Shown: positions 13,305 through 25,565 of the stretch, in pieces
How the letters are laid out: every line of letters begins with the position of its first letter
How positions within the stretch are numbered: position 1 is the stretch's first letter
From: Octopus sinensis
Taxonomy: Eukaryota
Direction of reading: 5' to 3'
DNA: 64,000 nt
Assembly: GCF_006345805.1 (NCBI RefSeq)
Contig: NC_042999.1
Coordinates: 77,624,001-77,688,000, forward strand
The notes under the pieces: model-generated
Seen by the model: the letters and a program-made list of their open reading frames with translations, nothing else
The model's database searches: none
What the model was told of the DNA's origin: nothing
Translations under genes and position numbers: made by a program

Positions 13305-13383
13305 CGCCACCCTGATCTTAAAGATCACAATCTCTCCGCTCCATGTTGTATTCTACCATCCAACCGGGAGAGCGCCTTGCTCA

Positions 13384-16185
13384 TCAAGATCTTCTCAAGC
13401 TGGGCTCCTCATTCTCCCCCTCTCCCGAATCATCATCCGTCGAAGCAACAATCCTGCAATGGTCCAAGACGTGTCGTGGTGTGCCATCTACGGATACGTT
13501 GCTTCTGGAATTGATCGCCGTCACCGTTCCTCTGCTCCATTGAGACGTACAGCGCGCCTTTGGTGGCTTGACCCAGACTTCCTCCCCTATTTTCACGCGA
13601 ACGGGTCCCTTCTCTTCCTCGTGACCCTCCGGCGCTTTGCTCGGGTGCCTCCATTCATATTTGAACACAGCTCTCTGCGGCACAGATTCCTCAGCTTGTC
13701 CGGATCGGGGAGACAAGTTGTACCAAAAAACTGCTTCAAGCGGCGAAATGTGCCCTCTTTCCGCTATGGCCTTGACTGTCCGATGGTGCCACTCCACGAT
13801 CCCGTTACCGCCCGGCCTATACGCTGCTCTGAACAAGCGTCGCACGTTCCACCGATCAAGCATAACCCTCAATGCTTCCGAACGAAATGCTGCCCCGTTG
13901 CCCATCAGTAGTTCTTCCACGGGACCTCTCTCTAAAAATATCCCGTTCAGGATCTGCACGATCTCGTCAGCAATGCCCGATCTCAACTCCCTCCAAATGG
14001 CCAGCCGGCCCGGCCCACAGTCGACCATGGAGAGGTACATTCGCTGACGGTAGTGTGTCACATCCACAGCTAGCCTTTTCCAGTTCTGCTCCACGGAAAG
14101 GCTTCCCTGTCCATGCCCACACGGAGCAGGGTCGATGGACTGACACCTGTCGCAGCTCCCGACCACCTTCCGGACGCTTCTCCTGGTGACGTCAGCATCA
14201 ATTTTTTTTGCCAGATACAGGGTCCTGTCCACACCCAGGTGATGCATAGCGTGCAGTTTCTTCAATTCAGAGTCATCCAACTGACGCCGCAGCTATCCCT
14301 TTCCGGGCCTCCTCTGGTTCTTCCAACCACGCCCTTTTCACCCTGGTCAGTACGTTCGCCTTGTTTTTCTCTGAAGGCACGAAAACCACGTTCAGCTTCA
14401 GTCCGAATTCGGCGATCAATTCACCTAGAACTCCTAGACAGCGCTTCACTAACATCTCCGCAGCACCTTTCGTCCGCACTCTCCTGTCACCGGTGATCAC
14501 CGATCCTACCCAGCCAAGCACAGTGGCCGAATCCGTCCGCATTTCAATCGTGCGCAGCCCCCATTTCAAGGCCAAGTTCACCCCTTTCAGCAGCGCGTCT
14601 AATTCGGTGACATTGATGTGGTTGAAATCATCTGCTTTCCGAAGCCAGGCCGCGTCCTCCACCGCAGTGCCTTCGATTGCCAACACCACCCCTATCGCTA
14701 TACTGCTAGCATCACACCAGACGGTCCCGCATTTCGTCTTGGGCACGTACCAGTTCCCCCTGACCGGGTCTTCCGCTCTTGTCCTCTCTAGGATCTCCTG
14801 CATCATCGCCACCGTCCCTTCTCCCACCTTGTCACCCCACCTCTCTCCCTCTGCTCATCTCTTGGTGTAACTACACGCCGTGCGCAGCCATCCAGCGATC
14901 GGGTAGTGACCGACCAACTTCCCACACACCGAGAACAGCTCTCTCCTGCTGACGCTGGAACTCAGCTCTGGGATTTCATTTCCTCTCCGGAACACCAATT
15001 CACCTGATCCATCTCTTCGCAGCTTCAGCCCCATCGCGGCTCCCCCTTCAATCGACTCCGGTGGCTTAGCAATCAGTCCGAACTTCTCCAGATGTCTAAC
15101 TACCTCGTTGGCTGGCACTACAGTTTTGTCCACCAAAATGTCGTCAATGTAGGAGCTGGTGGCCTTTCTAATTTTGCCGTCTTTCCCTAGGACGGACCTA
15201 AGCACTGCCGCCATGATCTTCGTAGCGGAATTCAGCCCGGAACCCAGCCTGGTTAGACAGTACGTCCGGCCCTTGTACCGCACCAGCTGATATCGCCATA
15301 GTTTGTCGCTCACATGGAGCTGCAAGTATGCCAATCTCAAGTCGACAATCGTCGCTGCCTCAGTCGACTGTCTCCACTTACGTAATGCCTCACCACAAAC
15401 GTCTGTCGCCTCACCTCCCGTGTGACACGATATGTGCTGGTTTAGCTCCCGAAGTCCAGCACCGGTCTGACTTTTCCCTTCGTAGGCTGCACCACCGCCA
15501 TCAGATGTAGCACTCCGCCCGCTACCTCCTCCTTCCAAGGGACAAGGACCCCTTCCTCGATCCACCTCTCCACCTCGTCTTCAAACTCAACCCTGGCGTG
15601 GCCTTTCAGGGTATGCTGGTAACAGCTCACCCTGTTCTCCAGTGTCGGGGGCTCGTCCTTCCATTTCCACTCTATCGTCCACCGCTGACCATCGAACGCC
15701 GCCTGAAAGACTTTGTCCTCGATGGTGTAAGCGGCGCAGTCCCTCGCGGGGTTCTGCTCCCTCTGGCGATCCTGACTCGCAGTGCACGACGCCCCCACGC
15801 TTCCGAACGTGACCTCATTTCCCACAACACTGACGCCACCGAGGCAGTTGATGGCGTCCATCCACATCACCACATCAACTCCATTTATCACGCGTTCGGC
15901 CACAATTGCCTGTAGCCTTAGCGTCGCGCCGCGCACCACTATCTCTACCTTGCTGCTGCCTCTGCAACGGATTTCGCTGCCGTCGACCGCCCGGACACTA
16001 CACACCCCGTTCCATTCCTTCGTCACCCTCGAAGTCACCAGGGTGGTTGTACAGCCCGTATCCACAAGGGCCTTGAACGTCTCCCCCTCGGCCTCCACGT
16101 CAATCAATGGCAGCGTCTCCAATAGCGCCTCTACTCGTTTGAGGGGAAAGTTCGAGAGGCAGTAAGTTCCCCGCGGTCGTTTCCC
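13384..16185 (-). pseudogene. Gypsy pol (protease, RT, RNase H, integrase), broken by frameshifts
   Basis: LVDTG protease, YIDD RT, WCDAS RNase H, HHCC and LAVDVT integrase motifs are split over four ORFs. The second integrase Asp reads Gly (LLMGNG). Confidence 0.9.
16127..16185 (-). promoter_or_regulatory. -1 programmed ribosomal frameshift signal (G GGA AAC plus pseudoknot)
   Basis: Slippery heptamer in the gag/pol overlap, 6-nt spacer, stem 1 GGGGAA/TTCCCC, stem 2 GCCTCT/AGAGGC. Confidence 0.8.
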
Positions 16186-16895
16186 TGGCCGCAATCACGG
16201 GCAATGTGCCCTGTCTGCCTGCATCGAAAGCAAACGGGCCCCGGCTGCGTACAGTCCCGCGCCATGTGCGGTCCCTGGCATCTAAAACACCGTCCTGAGA
16301 ACGGCCGCTCTCGTTGCACGGTGAGCTTCTGTACCTCTTTCTCGGGACGTCGTCCGTCTTTACGCGCTTCCGTCACCGCCATCGCTATCGCCTTCCGCCC
16401 AGAGTGTCTCGTCAACGTGCGAGCATGAGCTACAAGTTCGCTCAATTGCATCTTTTTAACCCCGGGCAGTCGTTGTAGGTGAATCCCTACATCGTCGGGG
16501 AACCCATTCACGAACGCCAGTCGGGCTGCTCTCTCCAGTCCTTCTCCGGCAAACCCGGCCAGAGTCGCTAGCCTTCTAGCTTCTGATGCAAAATCGTCCA
16601 CCTGGCCTCCCGTCCACCTGATTGCACCTAGCTTAGCGAAAGCTGTGTACTCGCATTCCGTGTATGCGTCACACAAGCGTCGCTCTATATTCTCATCGCT
16701 GAGCCGTTCCTCTTCATCCATCTCTAGGTAAAGCGACAATGCACTCCCTTCCAAATACAGCGCCATAAGACTCGCCACGTCGCTTATGCCCTGCAGTCTC
16801 GCCACCAGCCTGATTTTCCGAATCCAGGCCACTACATCGCCTTCGCCGTTAAAAGGTCTGACAACGTCACTGGCGATCCTAATTTTTGCAGACAT
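16131..16895 (-). CDS. Gypsy gag with two zinc knuckles
   Basis: 254-aa ORF containing CFRCQGPHMARDC and CFRCRQTGHIARDC. Confidence 0.9.
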   Translation of the reverse strand: MSAKIRIASDVVRPFNGEGDVVAWIRKIRLVARLQGISDVASLMALYLEGSALSLYLEMDEEERLSDENIERRLCDAYTECEYTAFAKLGAIRWTGGQVDDFASEARRLATLAGFAGEGLERAARLAFVNGFPDDVGIHLQRLPGVKKMQLSELVAHARTLTRHSGRKAIAMAVTEARKDGRRPEKEVQKLTVQRERPFSGRCFRCQGPHMARDCTQPGPVCFRCRQTGHIARDCGQGNDRGELTASRTFPSNE

Positions 16896-16940
16896 CGTGT
16901 TGAAAAAAAATGTGAATGTTTACGAACTGCCGAAATAGCT

Positions 16941-17245
16941 TGTAGTGAGTGTGCGATTTGAATATAGAGGCACCTACCTTCTCTTCGTAGTGACGGAGAT
17001 CCTCCAGAGATGACTAGTCCTTCCTCACAGCCCCGACCCGAACACTAACGATAGCAGCTGCTAGCCCAAACCCTTAGCGACGTCCTGGCACGTCTTGTGA
17101 CCTGCACGACCCACGTTGGAAAGGTCAATTTCCGCTCCCTGCGCACGCTTGACAGCTGACCCCTTCCGCTTGCCCCAGCTTCCGGTCAACGCACCCCACT
17201 GCTGACGTCCGGCTGCTGACGTCCAGCTGCTGACATCATCCCACA
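16941..17245 (-). repeat. 5' LTR
   Basis: Direct repeat of 13000-13304. Confidence 0.95.
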
Positions 17246-17322
17246 GTTAGTTGAATTTATCTCGTCTAGACGCTAAGATGAGAAATCCGTTAATAGTAGA
17301 CAGTCTTTGTTATGCTTAGCCC

Positions 17323-18879
17323 CAGGACCAGATTTAAACCATGATGGTGGGAGAGGGGAGGGCACTTCAAGTTCAGTGGGCCCCTTATACACGAGAGTTA
17401 AAATCTTAGAAAATTACCAAATTTACATCTCAAAACCCATCTGTTTAAAATAATTTAATTTGATGAGTTAGCAGAGAAAGTTTAAATAAATGACTGAAAA
17501 TCTTGCTTTATAGATACACTTTTGCAAAATTCAAATTTCATTTTTCACACATGCACTTGCAGTGTTTGACTTTTCCCTCATTGTGAAAAGTACAATGGAG
17601 GGAAGAGTGGTTTTTTTTCATTGTGCGTTACAAATTTTCAGAATATAAGATAAAATGACTGAAAATTATGAAAAAACAAAGTAAAAATTTTTGTGGTTGT
17701 TGCTGTTCCAAAAGCATGATGAGTGTGTGTGTGTGTGAAAGAGAGAGAGAGAGAGAGAGAGAGGGCGGGTGGGTAGAGATACCCTAATTTAAAAGACATG
17801 AATTTAAAAAATTCTTCTTTTAAAACAGCTTCCCTTCATTGTTTTGTAATGTGTGAAAAAGAAAAAAGGTGGGGAAACCCTGACAAAAATGAGGAAATTC
17901 AAACAGTTATTTTCAAAAGTCTGCTTTTCCAGTTTCCAGTAAGAGTAGGTGGGGCACAATGAGTAATACTTACTACATTTTTGACTTTGAAGAAAATATA
18001 TTTTTTGCAAATGTTCACTACCTTGCCAAAACTATATCAGTGAAGTAAAGATCTCTAAATGCAGTAAAACCTATAACATATTCAGAACACTATTTCAGAA
18101 AAGTATCACTGTTCTCTCTGAGCATATAAAAAAACAAATTTAAGCGGGGTAAAAAGACAAGACAAGGTAAATATGCCCTTCCAGTTCCCCAGAATTGAAT
18201 TTGAAGAAAGAGTCATACGCATAAACATCCATCCTTAGACATCATAAATGCAACAAAATTTAAGATATCTTGGTCAAATGAAAGAGGATTATGGAAAAAT
18301 AGCACTTATGAAATTAATGAAACTCAACATAAAATATTCTTTAGAGCTTCTTCACCATATCTCATTGCTGAAAATTATCCAGATATTTTACGAGCTATCT
18401 CAATTACAATCAGGTCAAATTTGAGGAAAAATTTCTTGAAAATGGTACCTGTCAACTATGTTTTAAACTCTCAACTTCAAGAGCAACTATATAGACCAAT
18501 TTTTACTCCCAACTACGTAACCAATACTGACCAAATTTTACTCCCAAAGATGATGCAATGGTACAAAATGAGAGAAAATAACAAGAAATCAGAAATTATT
18601 CATTTTGACCTAGTTACTAATTTTGCCCTGCTTCCATATAGTAATTCGAAGTGCTTGATAGAATGACAAAAAAATACATACAAAAATAAGAAAGAAAAAA
18701 CGGTTTGATTTAAAAAAAAACATTTGAATATATATGCAATAATTCTAAAGCTGAGAATGCTTTTAGCTGTTGAGAGATGTAATTTTATAATTAAAACTAA
18801 ATTCAAAAGTTTTCTTTACTTACATGCCTCATAAAATAAGACCAGTTTTCAAAGCTTCACTGAAATAAGTTTAGAAGTA

Positions 18880-18931
<52 letters not shown>

Positions 18932-19421
18932 CATGCGTGTGTGTGTGTGTGTGCCTTTTGCTGCTATTGGTCAAACCAAAGTCAAGCTCAGTCATGTGTT
19001 GAAAGAAGGAATTTAGCCTAGAAACAATAACATTTTTCTATCAATCTCTTTATCTTTATATACATTTATACTCACACACATACACTCACAGATACATACA
19101 TACATACATTTTCAGGAATGTTCTGTTGTTTCCGTTGTCCCTTGGGAATTGTAAGTGCCTTGGGTATATTTTTAATTAGATTATTTGGTGTTTTTAAAGT
19201 GGCAAAATATATGGGTATTTATCATAAACGACAATCCATTACATTTTTTAAGCAGTCAAGATACCTTTGCATATTGAAAGAGAACCTCTTCATGCCTGAT
19301 TGCTGGGAGGTTGGAGGACCTCCTGTATTCAGTACAACATACCCTTCCTAGCAGGGATCCTCTCCAAAATCTAGATACCTAGGGCAATTGCCCCCTCTCC
19401 ACCTCTATAAATCCAGCCCTA
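17323..19421 (+). mobile_element. Degraded hAT-like DNA transposon
   Basis: TIR-like CAGGACCAGATTTA / TAAATCCAGCCCTA; candidate 8-bp TSD CTTAGCCC / CTCAGCTC; possible transposase C-terminal relic (FDLVTNFA) near 18600. Confidence 0.45.
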
Positions 19422-19557
19422 CTCAGCTCACTGCCCCTTTGTCCTTATACAGTGAAAAGTAATTTACTTTGCTGACCAGTGATTGATTTTTACAACCTTA
19501 TGACTTCGTTTTCTTTCAGTTCTATATTTAAGAGATGAGGAATTATGTGCATTATTT

Positions 19558-19913
19558 ACATTATTTACATTCAACAGATATTTATCCTCATCTCGTTGTT
19601 AACACAACATTTTGACTGATATACCCTCCAGCCTTCTTCAGGTGTCTTGGGAAAATTTCAAACCTCTCATTCCTAAGGTATTTTTTGATGTTATTATTAT
19701 TGTTCAGGTCACTGACTGGAATCAAACTCGGAATCTTGGGGTTAGTAGCCCACACTCTTAACCACTACGCCATATGCCCGTGGGCATATGGCATAGTGGT
19801 TAAGGTTTGAAATTTCCCCAAGACACCTGCAGAAGGCTGAAAGGTACATCTGCCAAAACATTGTGTTGACAACAAAGAAGATGAAGACAAATATCCGTCG
19901 AATGTAAATAATG
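19558..19913. mobile_element. Head-to-head palindromic element: tRNA-like head plus decayed hammerhead tail
   Basis: Centre CTTAACCACTACGCCATATGCCC-GT-GGGCATATGGCATAGTGGTTAAG. The minus arm has A box TGGCGTAGTGG and B box GTTTGATTCC. HHR relics at 19602-19645(-) and 19823-19866(+). Confidence 0.7.
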
Positions 19914-21379
19914 TTCATTTTCTTTGTTTATACTATTTTGTTGTTAAGTTTTACATTTGGAATGGTCTTTTGTTGGTCTGTAGGAGTAACTGAAAGAAAC
20001 TCTGTTGAATACATGAAAGCGTGTGCTGTCATTTGATTAAGAAAAACCATTGGGAATCAACTGCCTATTATTCAAGACTGTGAGGTGAAGAGAGAAGCAG
20101 TGGTAATACATTTATTTCCTCATAGCTGATATCACAGTATATGTGGTAGTTCACTATAAGAATCACATTTAGGAGCATTGGTATGATACTGACCCTGAAT
20201 TCATCTTCTTTGAAGTGCTATATGAAGAGGTTGTCAGTAAGAGGTTATGAAATATGACATGTAGTCAGGGGTAGGGGGCAGTTTGAACTTACAAGGTCTA
20301 AAGATTCACCGAGACCAGAGCTGTACTCTGTCGTGGATGCAATAAAAAGTGATGAGACTGGTGGTGCAGAACAGACAGCCCTACTGTTACACTCATGGCC
20401 GTAAGATATGCATGAGGATTTTGCACCTCGAGAAAGTTAGTAAGACAGTAGAAGAGACAGCAACAAAATCAGCTGCAACAATATCACTGCCAGCTGAAGT
20501 TCTGGTAATGGCGGAGGAGATCACCTTGTCGACAAGGTCGAAACCCTCTTGTAGTAGTACCATTCAATTCTCTTGTAGGGATAAAGTGAAAATGGAGATT
20601 GGAGAGGAGAGGCGCATGATTCAGAGAGTTAGGGATTCTTGTCTGAGGTTGTCTGCAATGTATCATCACACCCTTAGCAAATTATATCACACATACAGAG
20701 GGCTAAATGTTAAGAATTACCAACAACATTCACGCTATACACAGAAGACTTAGCAAAGAAAGTAAAGCAATGCACAAACACACTTAAAAGCACTTGCGAT
20801 TACAATATTTGGTTAGAGCAAGAAACATTATTGGAAATTAGCAATTCATTTAATGATAGAGAAATTATATTAAGAGTTACAATGAGTCCCAACTTGGATG
20901 ACTTTAAATTTGCAACTATTATGGCTTTGGGAAAGTAGTCTTTCAAGACTATTGAAACTGACATGGTTGATGTTAAAGTGCTACTTTAGTATACCATCTA
21001 TGTAGCCAACATGATCTGCTACATCAAATTCTACTATAGTATGCAATCTACATGTTTCATTTATTTATTATGGCTTCAATAAAACATTCTTACATTTTTA
21101 TACGTTTATTTAAAAAAATTAAAATGAAGAAGATTTGAAACATGTTTACTAATTTTATGGGTGAATCAAACAAACATCAACTAGAAGAGTAAAAAATAGA
21201 TGATTAAAATTTTTATACGTTTTATACATTTATTATTAAAAAGAAATTAGAATGAAGTAAATTTGAAACAAGTTTACTAATTTTATTGTTAATACATTTA
21301 TCATTAAAATTTATTATTTAATACATTCATTATTAAAAAGAAATTAGAATGAAGAAAATTTGAAATGGTGCTACGTTGG

Positions 21380-21530
21380 TAGCACCCTTTCTGCGAGTTT
21401 CCTTCATTTCTCCACCACAGTGATGACATGGTGCAACATTATCTTCTTCATCTAAAAGGCCATTTCTTTGTAAAAATGCAACTGCCTTCATCTCGTCTGT
21501 GATCTCGTTGTAGAACTCTTTAGCCAACAT
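21380..21530 (-). pseudogene. Merlin/IS1595-type transposase N-terminal fragment
   Basis: EMKAVAFLQRNGLL..APCHHCGGEM resembles the N-terminal Zn-ribbon of Merlin transposases. Confidence 0.5.
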
Positions 21531-22469
21531 CTTGAGGGTTCTTTAGATATTCAGATATCAATAAGCAGGTAAAATCACAGAAGGCAGCATGGGTCGGCTG
21601 TGAAGACTAATGTCTATGCTGGTCTGAAGTGTGTTGTTGATGCACCTTGTTGAGTTGGAACTGGAGCTTTGACACTCGAACAACATTCCATTTATGCTTC
21701 ATACTCTCTAACCAGACATTCTCTTGAAACCGATACAGGTGTTCTTGTTCTTGATAAGTATAAATAAGCATAAGCAGTTTCATGATACGTAGATCACATA
21801 CCAACATAGCACCGATGTTAATCTTTAACAACTTCAAGTTCATGTCTGGAGGTTAAATACAAGCAAGGAGGGATTTTGAGAGGGTTGACATTCTAGGGAA
21901 GAACTTGGATGAGTAGTTAGTGCACAGTCTGTTGGGAAATGAGAACATTCTGAACATTGCCATGAAACAGTGTTTCGCATTTTACTGATACCATACAATT
22001 GCCACCATCTACATCATTGTAATAGTCCAGAGTTACGTCTTTTCTCTAATACGCTTAATGATAAAATTTTCAGCATTTACCACCGTTTCTCTAAATTATT
22101 ATTGTTTAGCTCAGTTATTTTCCATTTTATCAATTATACTTCATTATATCAATCTATCCTCTAAACTCTTCTCTTACAAGTTTACTGTCGAAAAGCTCAT
22201 GAGACTTAACTTACAATAATATTTTCTGATTCAGATTTCATTTATAAAAGGTACGGAAATATATTCAAGATGGGTATGCCCATATGAAGTATCTACTCAC
22301 GTTGCTGAGTATTTATAACAGAATCCAGTTGCAGTAACAATGAAATTTTTGCACAAGATTTCATAGCCTCAAGTATGAGTTACACTCCCCATTTTTGTCA
22401 TGAAAGTGAGATTTAAACTGTGTAAATACGGCACACACACACATTTACGTCTATACTTTATATATATAT

Positions 22470-22960
22470 CATCATCATCATCATCGTTTAATGTCTGCTG
22501 TCCATGCTAGCATGGGTTGGACAGTTCGACTGGGGTCTGGGAAGCCAGGAGGCTGCACCAGGCCCAGTCTGATCTGGCAGTGTTTCTACAGCTGGATGCC
22601 CTTCCTAACGCCAACCACTCCTTGAGTGTAGTGGGTGCTTTTTACGTGCCAGGCGTGGCTGGCAACGGCCACGATTGGTTGGTGCTTTTTACGTGCCACC
22701 AGCATGGAGGCCAGTCGAGGCGGCGCTGGCAACAGCCACATTCAGATGGTTTTTTTACATGCCATTGGCACTGGTATCACAACTACAATTTCCGTTGATT
22801 TTTGATCGATTTCGATTTCACTTGCCTCAACAGGTCTTCGCAAGCAGAGTTTTGTGTCCCAAGAAGGAAAGGTATGCATAAGTGGACTGGCTACATCCCG
22901 GGTAAAGGCCACGGGTTATGGTCTCACTTGTCCTGCCGGGTCTTCTCACACACAGCATAT
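22470..22960 (-). mobile_element. RTE-related retroposon 3' end with (ATG)n tail
   Basis: (CAT)n-CGTTTAATGTC..GCATGGGTTGGA..GCTGGATGCCCTTCCTAACGCCAACC; a short related copy lies at ~52900-52965. Confidence 0.55.
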
Positions 22961-22965
22961 TTCCA

Positions 22966-23300
22966 GTAGTTGTGTAAAGCCAGAACAATGCGAGAAGGTA
23001 CAAAGTAAACTACAAATTGAAAAGAAAATAGAACAAAGTTGAAGCTTTACTTTTTATTTCTATATTTCGGAGTGAAGACCCCTTATTCAGGACATTCAGA
23101 AAAGTGGTAGTTGGAAAAGGCTGTTTGCTCAGATGTGGGCAACAATCTTTTCCAACAACAGCCTTTCCGAATGTCCTGAAGAAAGGGTCTTCACTCCGAA
23201 ATATTGAAATAAAATGTAAAATTTCAACTTTGTTCTATTTTCTTTATCTTTTGTAGTTTACTTTGCACCTTTTCGTGTTATTTCGGCTTTACACAACTAC
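22966..23300. mobile_element. Fold-back element with an outward-facing hammerhead pair
   Basis: Inverted arms of ~155 bp. Plus-arm HHR 23171-23210 is atgtc-CTGAAGA-a-agggtcttcactcc-GAAA-ta-TT-gaaat; the mirror copy at 23056-23095(-) has CTGAATA. Confidence 0.75.
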
Positions 23301-23338
23301 ATTCTTTAAAACTATACCTCACAATGCTTCACCAAAAC

Positions 23339-23378
<40 letters not shown>

Positions 23379-23386
<8 letters not shown>

Positions 23387-23880
23387 TTAGAGATAAAACT
23401 ACTATTAGGCAAATCAAATTCGAATTATTAATTGAATTTAAATTATTGTTATTGAATTAGGTTATGGGCATGAAACAATCATAGTGGTTTTACTTTTTAT
23501 CTTATATTAAACTTTTTAATACTTTTTGATAGTTATATATATTTAAAAATAAAAAAAAATTAAAATTAAAATTAAACTAAAATTAAAATAATAATAAAAA
23601 TAAAAATAATAATATATATATAAATTTATAAGTATAAATCAATAATTGAAAAAAAATTTTTTAATTTTAACTTTAAATTTAAATAATTTAAATTTTGAAT
23701 TTTATATTTTAGATATTTTGTATTTTATATTAATTAATTTTATTTCTATATTTTGGTTTATGGTTTTCACTGTTTGATTTGCCTAATAGTGGTTTTATCT
23801 CTAATTTAATATATATATTTATACTGTAAAATTAGGTTTAATCCTAAATCTAGTTTTTCCCTGTAAGTTTGGATTTACTG
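23379..23880. repeat. AT-rich element with ~40-bp inverted termini in (TA)n
   Basis: ATTAAATTAGAGATAAAACTACTATTAGGCAAATCAAA is mirrored at 23773-23812; 23820-23880 is related to 29120-29215. Confidence 0.6.
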
Positions 23881-23905
23881 TATGTATGTATGTATGTGTG
23901 TATGT

Positions 23906-24003
<98 letters not shown>

Positions 24004-24042
24004 CACACACACACAAAATATATCAGATGAATGGATTATCTG

Positions 24043-24141
24043 GCTGCTACAACTGTTTCATTAAGAGTCTGTATCATAATGTAAACATGCTGCAGTCAAT
24101 TATGCAGTGACATATTGATTAATCAACTGATCATCAGTAGG
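24043..24141 (-). ncRNA. Degenerate hammerhead motif with long stem II
   Basis: Minus strand CTGATGA..~70 nt..GAAA-cagttg-TA-gcagcc; stem I does not pair well. Confidence 0.35.
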
Positions 24142-24559
24142 TGAAATTTCTAATCAAGTGACATTTCTAAAAATTCTCCAAAATAAAAAATTTATGAGGG
24201 GTTATACGGGGTGCTTAAACCAGAATTCCACCTATGTATGTATGTCTGTATGGGTGAACTGATCGCTGAATACGCAAACCAGGTGTAACACTCTACATCC
24301 ATCAAGACCTAACAACAATCCATTAGAGCACTTACCTAGCATACCTAATTGTTTAGATCACCTGTGAACTAAACCCACCACTATTTTGTATGAGTGTGTA
24401 TATATATATATATATATATATATGTCTGTTATATCTTGTCATTATTTCTTATTGTACACGCAATGTTATTTTGTCTAGTTCGAAGTGGAGTTAGAAAATA
24501 ACAGACGTGAACATAACATACTTGATAATAGAAATATTAGTAGCAAAAATATTAATTAT

Positions 24560-25042
24560 AAAAATAATAATTTAAATCTTAGTAATACTAATATTAAAAA
24601 TAATAATTCTCCTAGTTGCAGTTGTAGAGTTAAATCCTGTTGTTCTTTATTAGGCCGATGTTTTACCCAGAACGTAATATATAAATGTACAATAATAACT
24701 ACAACTAATAATTATATATATATCGGTTGTTTGATTAATTTGAAATAGCATATATACAGTCCCATGTCGTCTTTTAAACTTAAACATAAGGCAAATTGTA
24801 TGTTATTATCTAGTAAGATTTGGGAATTGAAAGAAAGTGGAATTGGGTTTAGCCTCAAATGGGAAATAAAAAGAAAAGCTCAGCCCTATAGAAATAGCAG
24901 ATATGGGTGTGAGCTTTGCTCTATGGAAACATATGACATTTTTAAGCATAAAGATAATGGCAACCTGATTAATAATCGACTAGACCTTAGGGTATTATGT
25001 GTACATAGTGCCACCTGTACCTTTAAATATTTTAGAAAGTAG
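24560..25042 (+). pseudogene. Penelope-like (Naiad-type) GIY-YIG endonuclease fragment
   Basis: CSCR..C.LLGRC..NVIYKC..YIG..SSF..LSSKIWELK..LKWEI..Y..CELC..E..LINNR..CVH, with one stop. Confidence 0.85.
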
Positions 25043-25049
25043 CACTTTA

Positions 25050-25502
25050 TTGATCTTGTGATTTAAAACCTATAATGTACTTCTTGGTTTAAAATCAGTG
25101 TATAATTAGCATGTCCTACAGTATTAATATCCCTTTAGTTACTACAGAGTATCAGTCATTACAGCTACAAGCTAAATAAGTAAATAAGCAATTTTTAGTT
25201 TTAAATACTTGAATTATTATACAATTTCTATAAATCTTCTCTATTGATGTTACTAAGTTGGTACTTCATCATTATTTTTAGTGATTAAGCTATTTTATAA
25301 CTCTTTAACTCTTTACTCTTTTACTTGTTTCGGTCATTTGACTGTGGCCATGCTGGAGCACCGCCTTTAATCGAACAACTCAACCCCGGGACTTATTCTT
25401 TGTAAGCCCAGTACTTATTCTATTGGTCTCTTTTTGCCGAACCACTAAGTGACGGGGACATAAACACACCAGCACCGATTGTCAAGCAATGCTAGGGGGA
25501 CG

Positions 25503-25565
<63 letters not shown>

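Larger units (their letters stand above)
13000..17245 (-). mobile_element. Full-length compact Ty3/Gypsy LTR retrotransposon (4246 bp)
   Basis: TG..CA LTRs at 13000-13304 and 16941-17245 differ at about 5 positions. 5-bp TSD GTTAG at 12995 and 17246. Domain order gag-PR-RT-RH-INT. Confidence 0.97.

Noticed and set aside
13459-16428. Plus-strand ORFs overlapping the Gypsy element
   Set aside because: These are antisense shadows of GC-rich gag/pol with no recognisable motifs.
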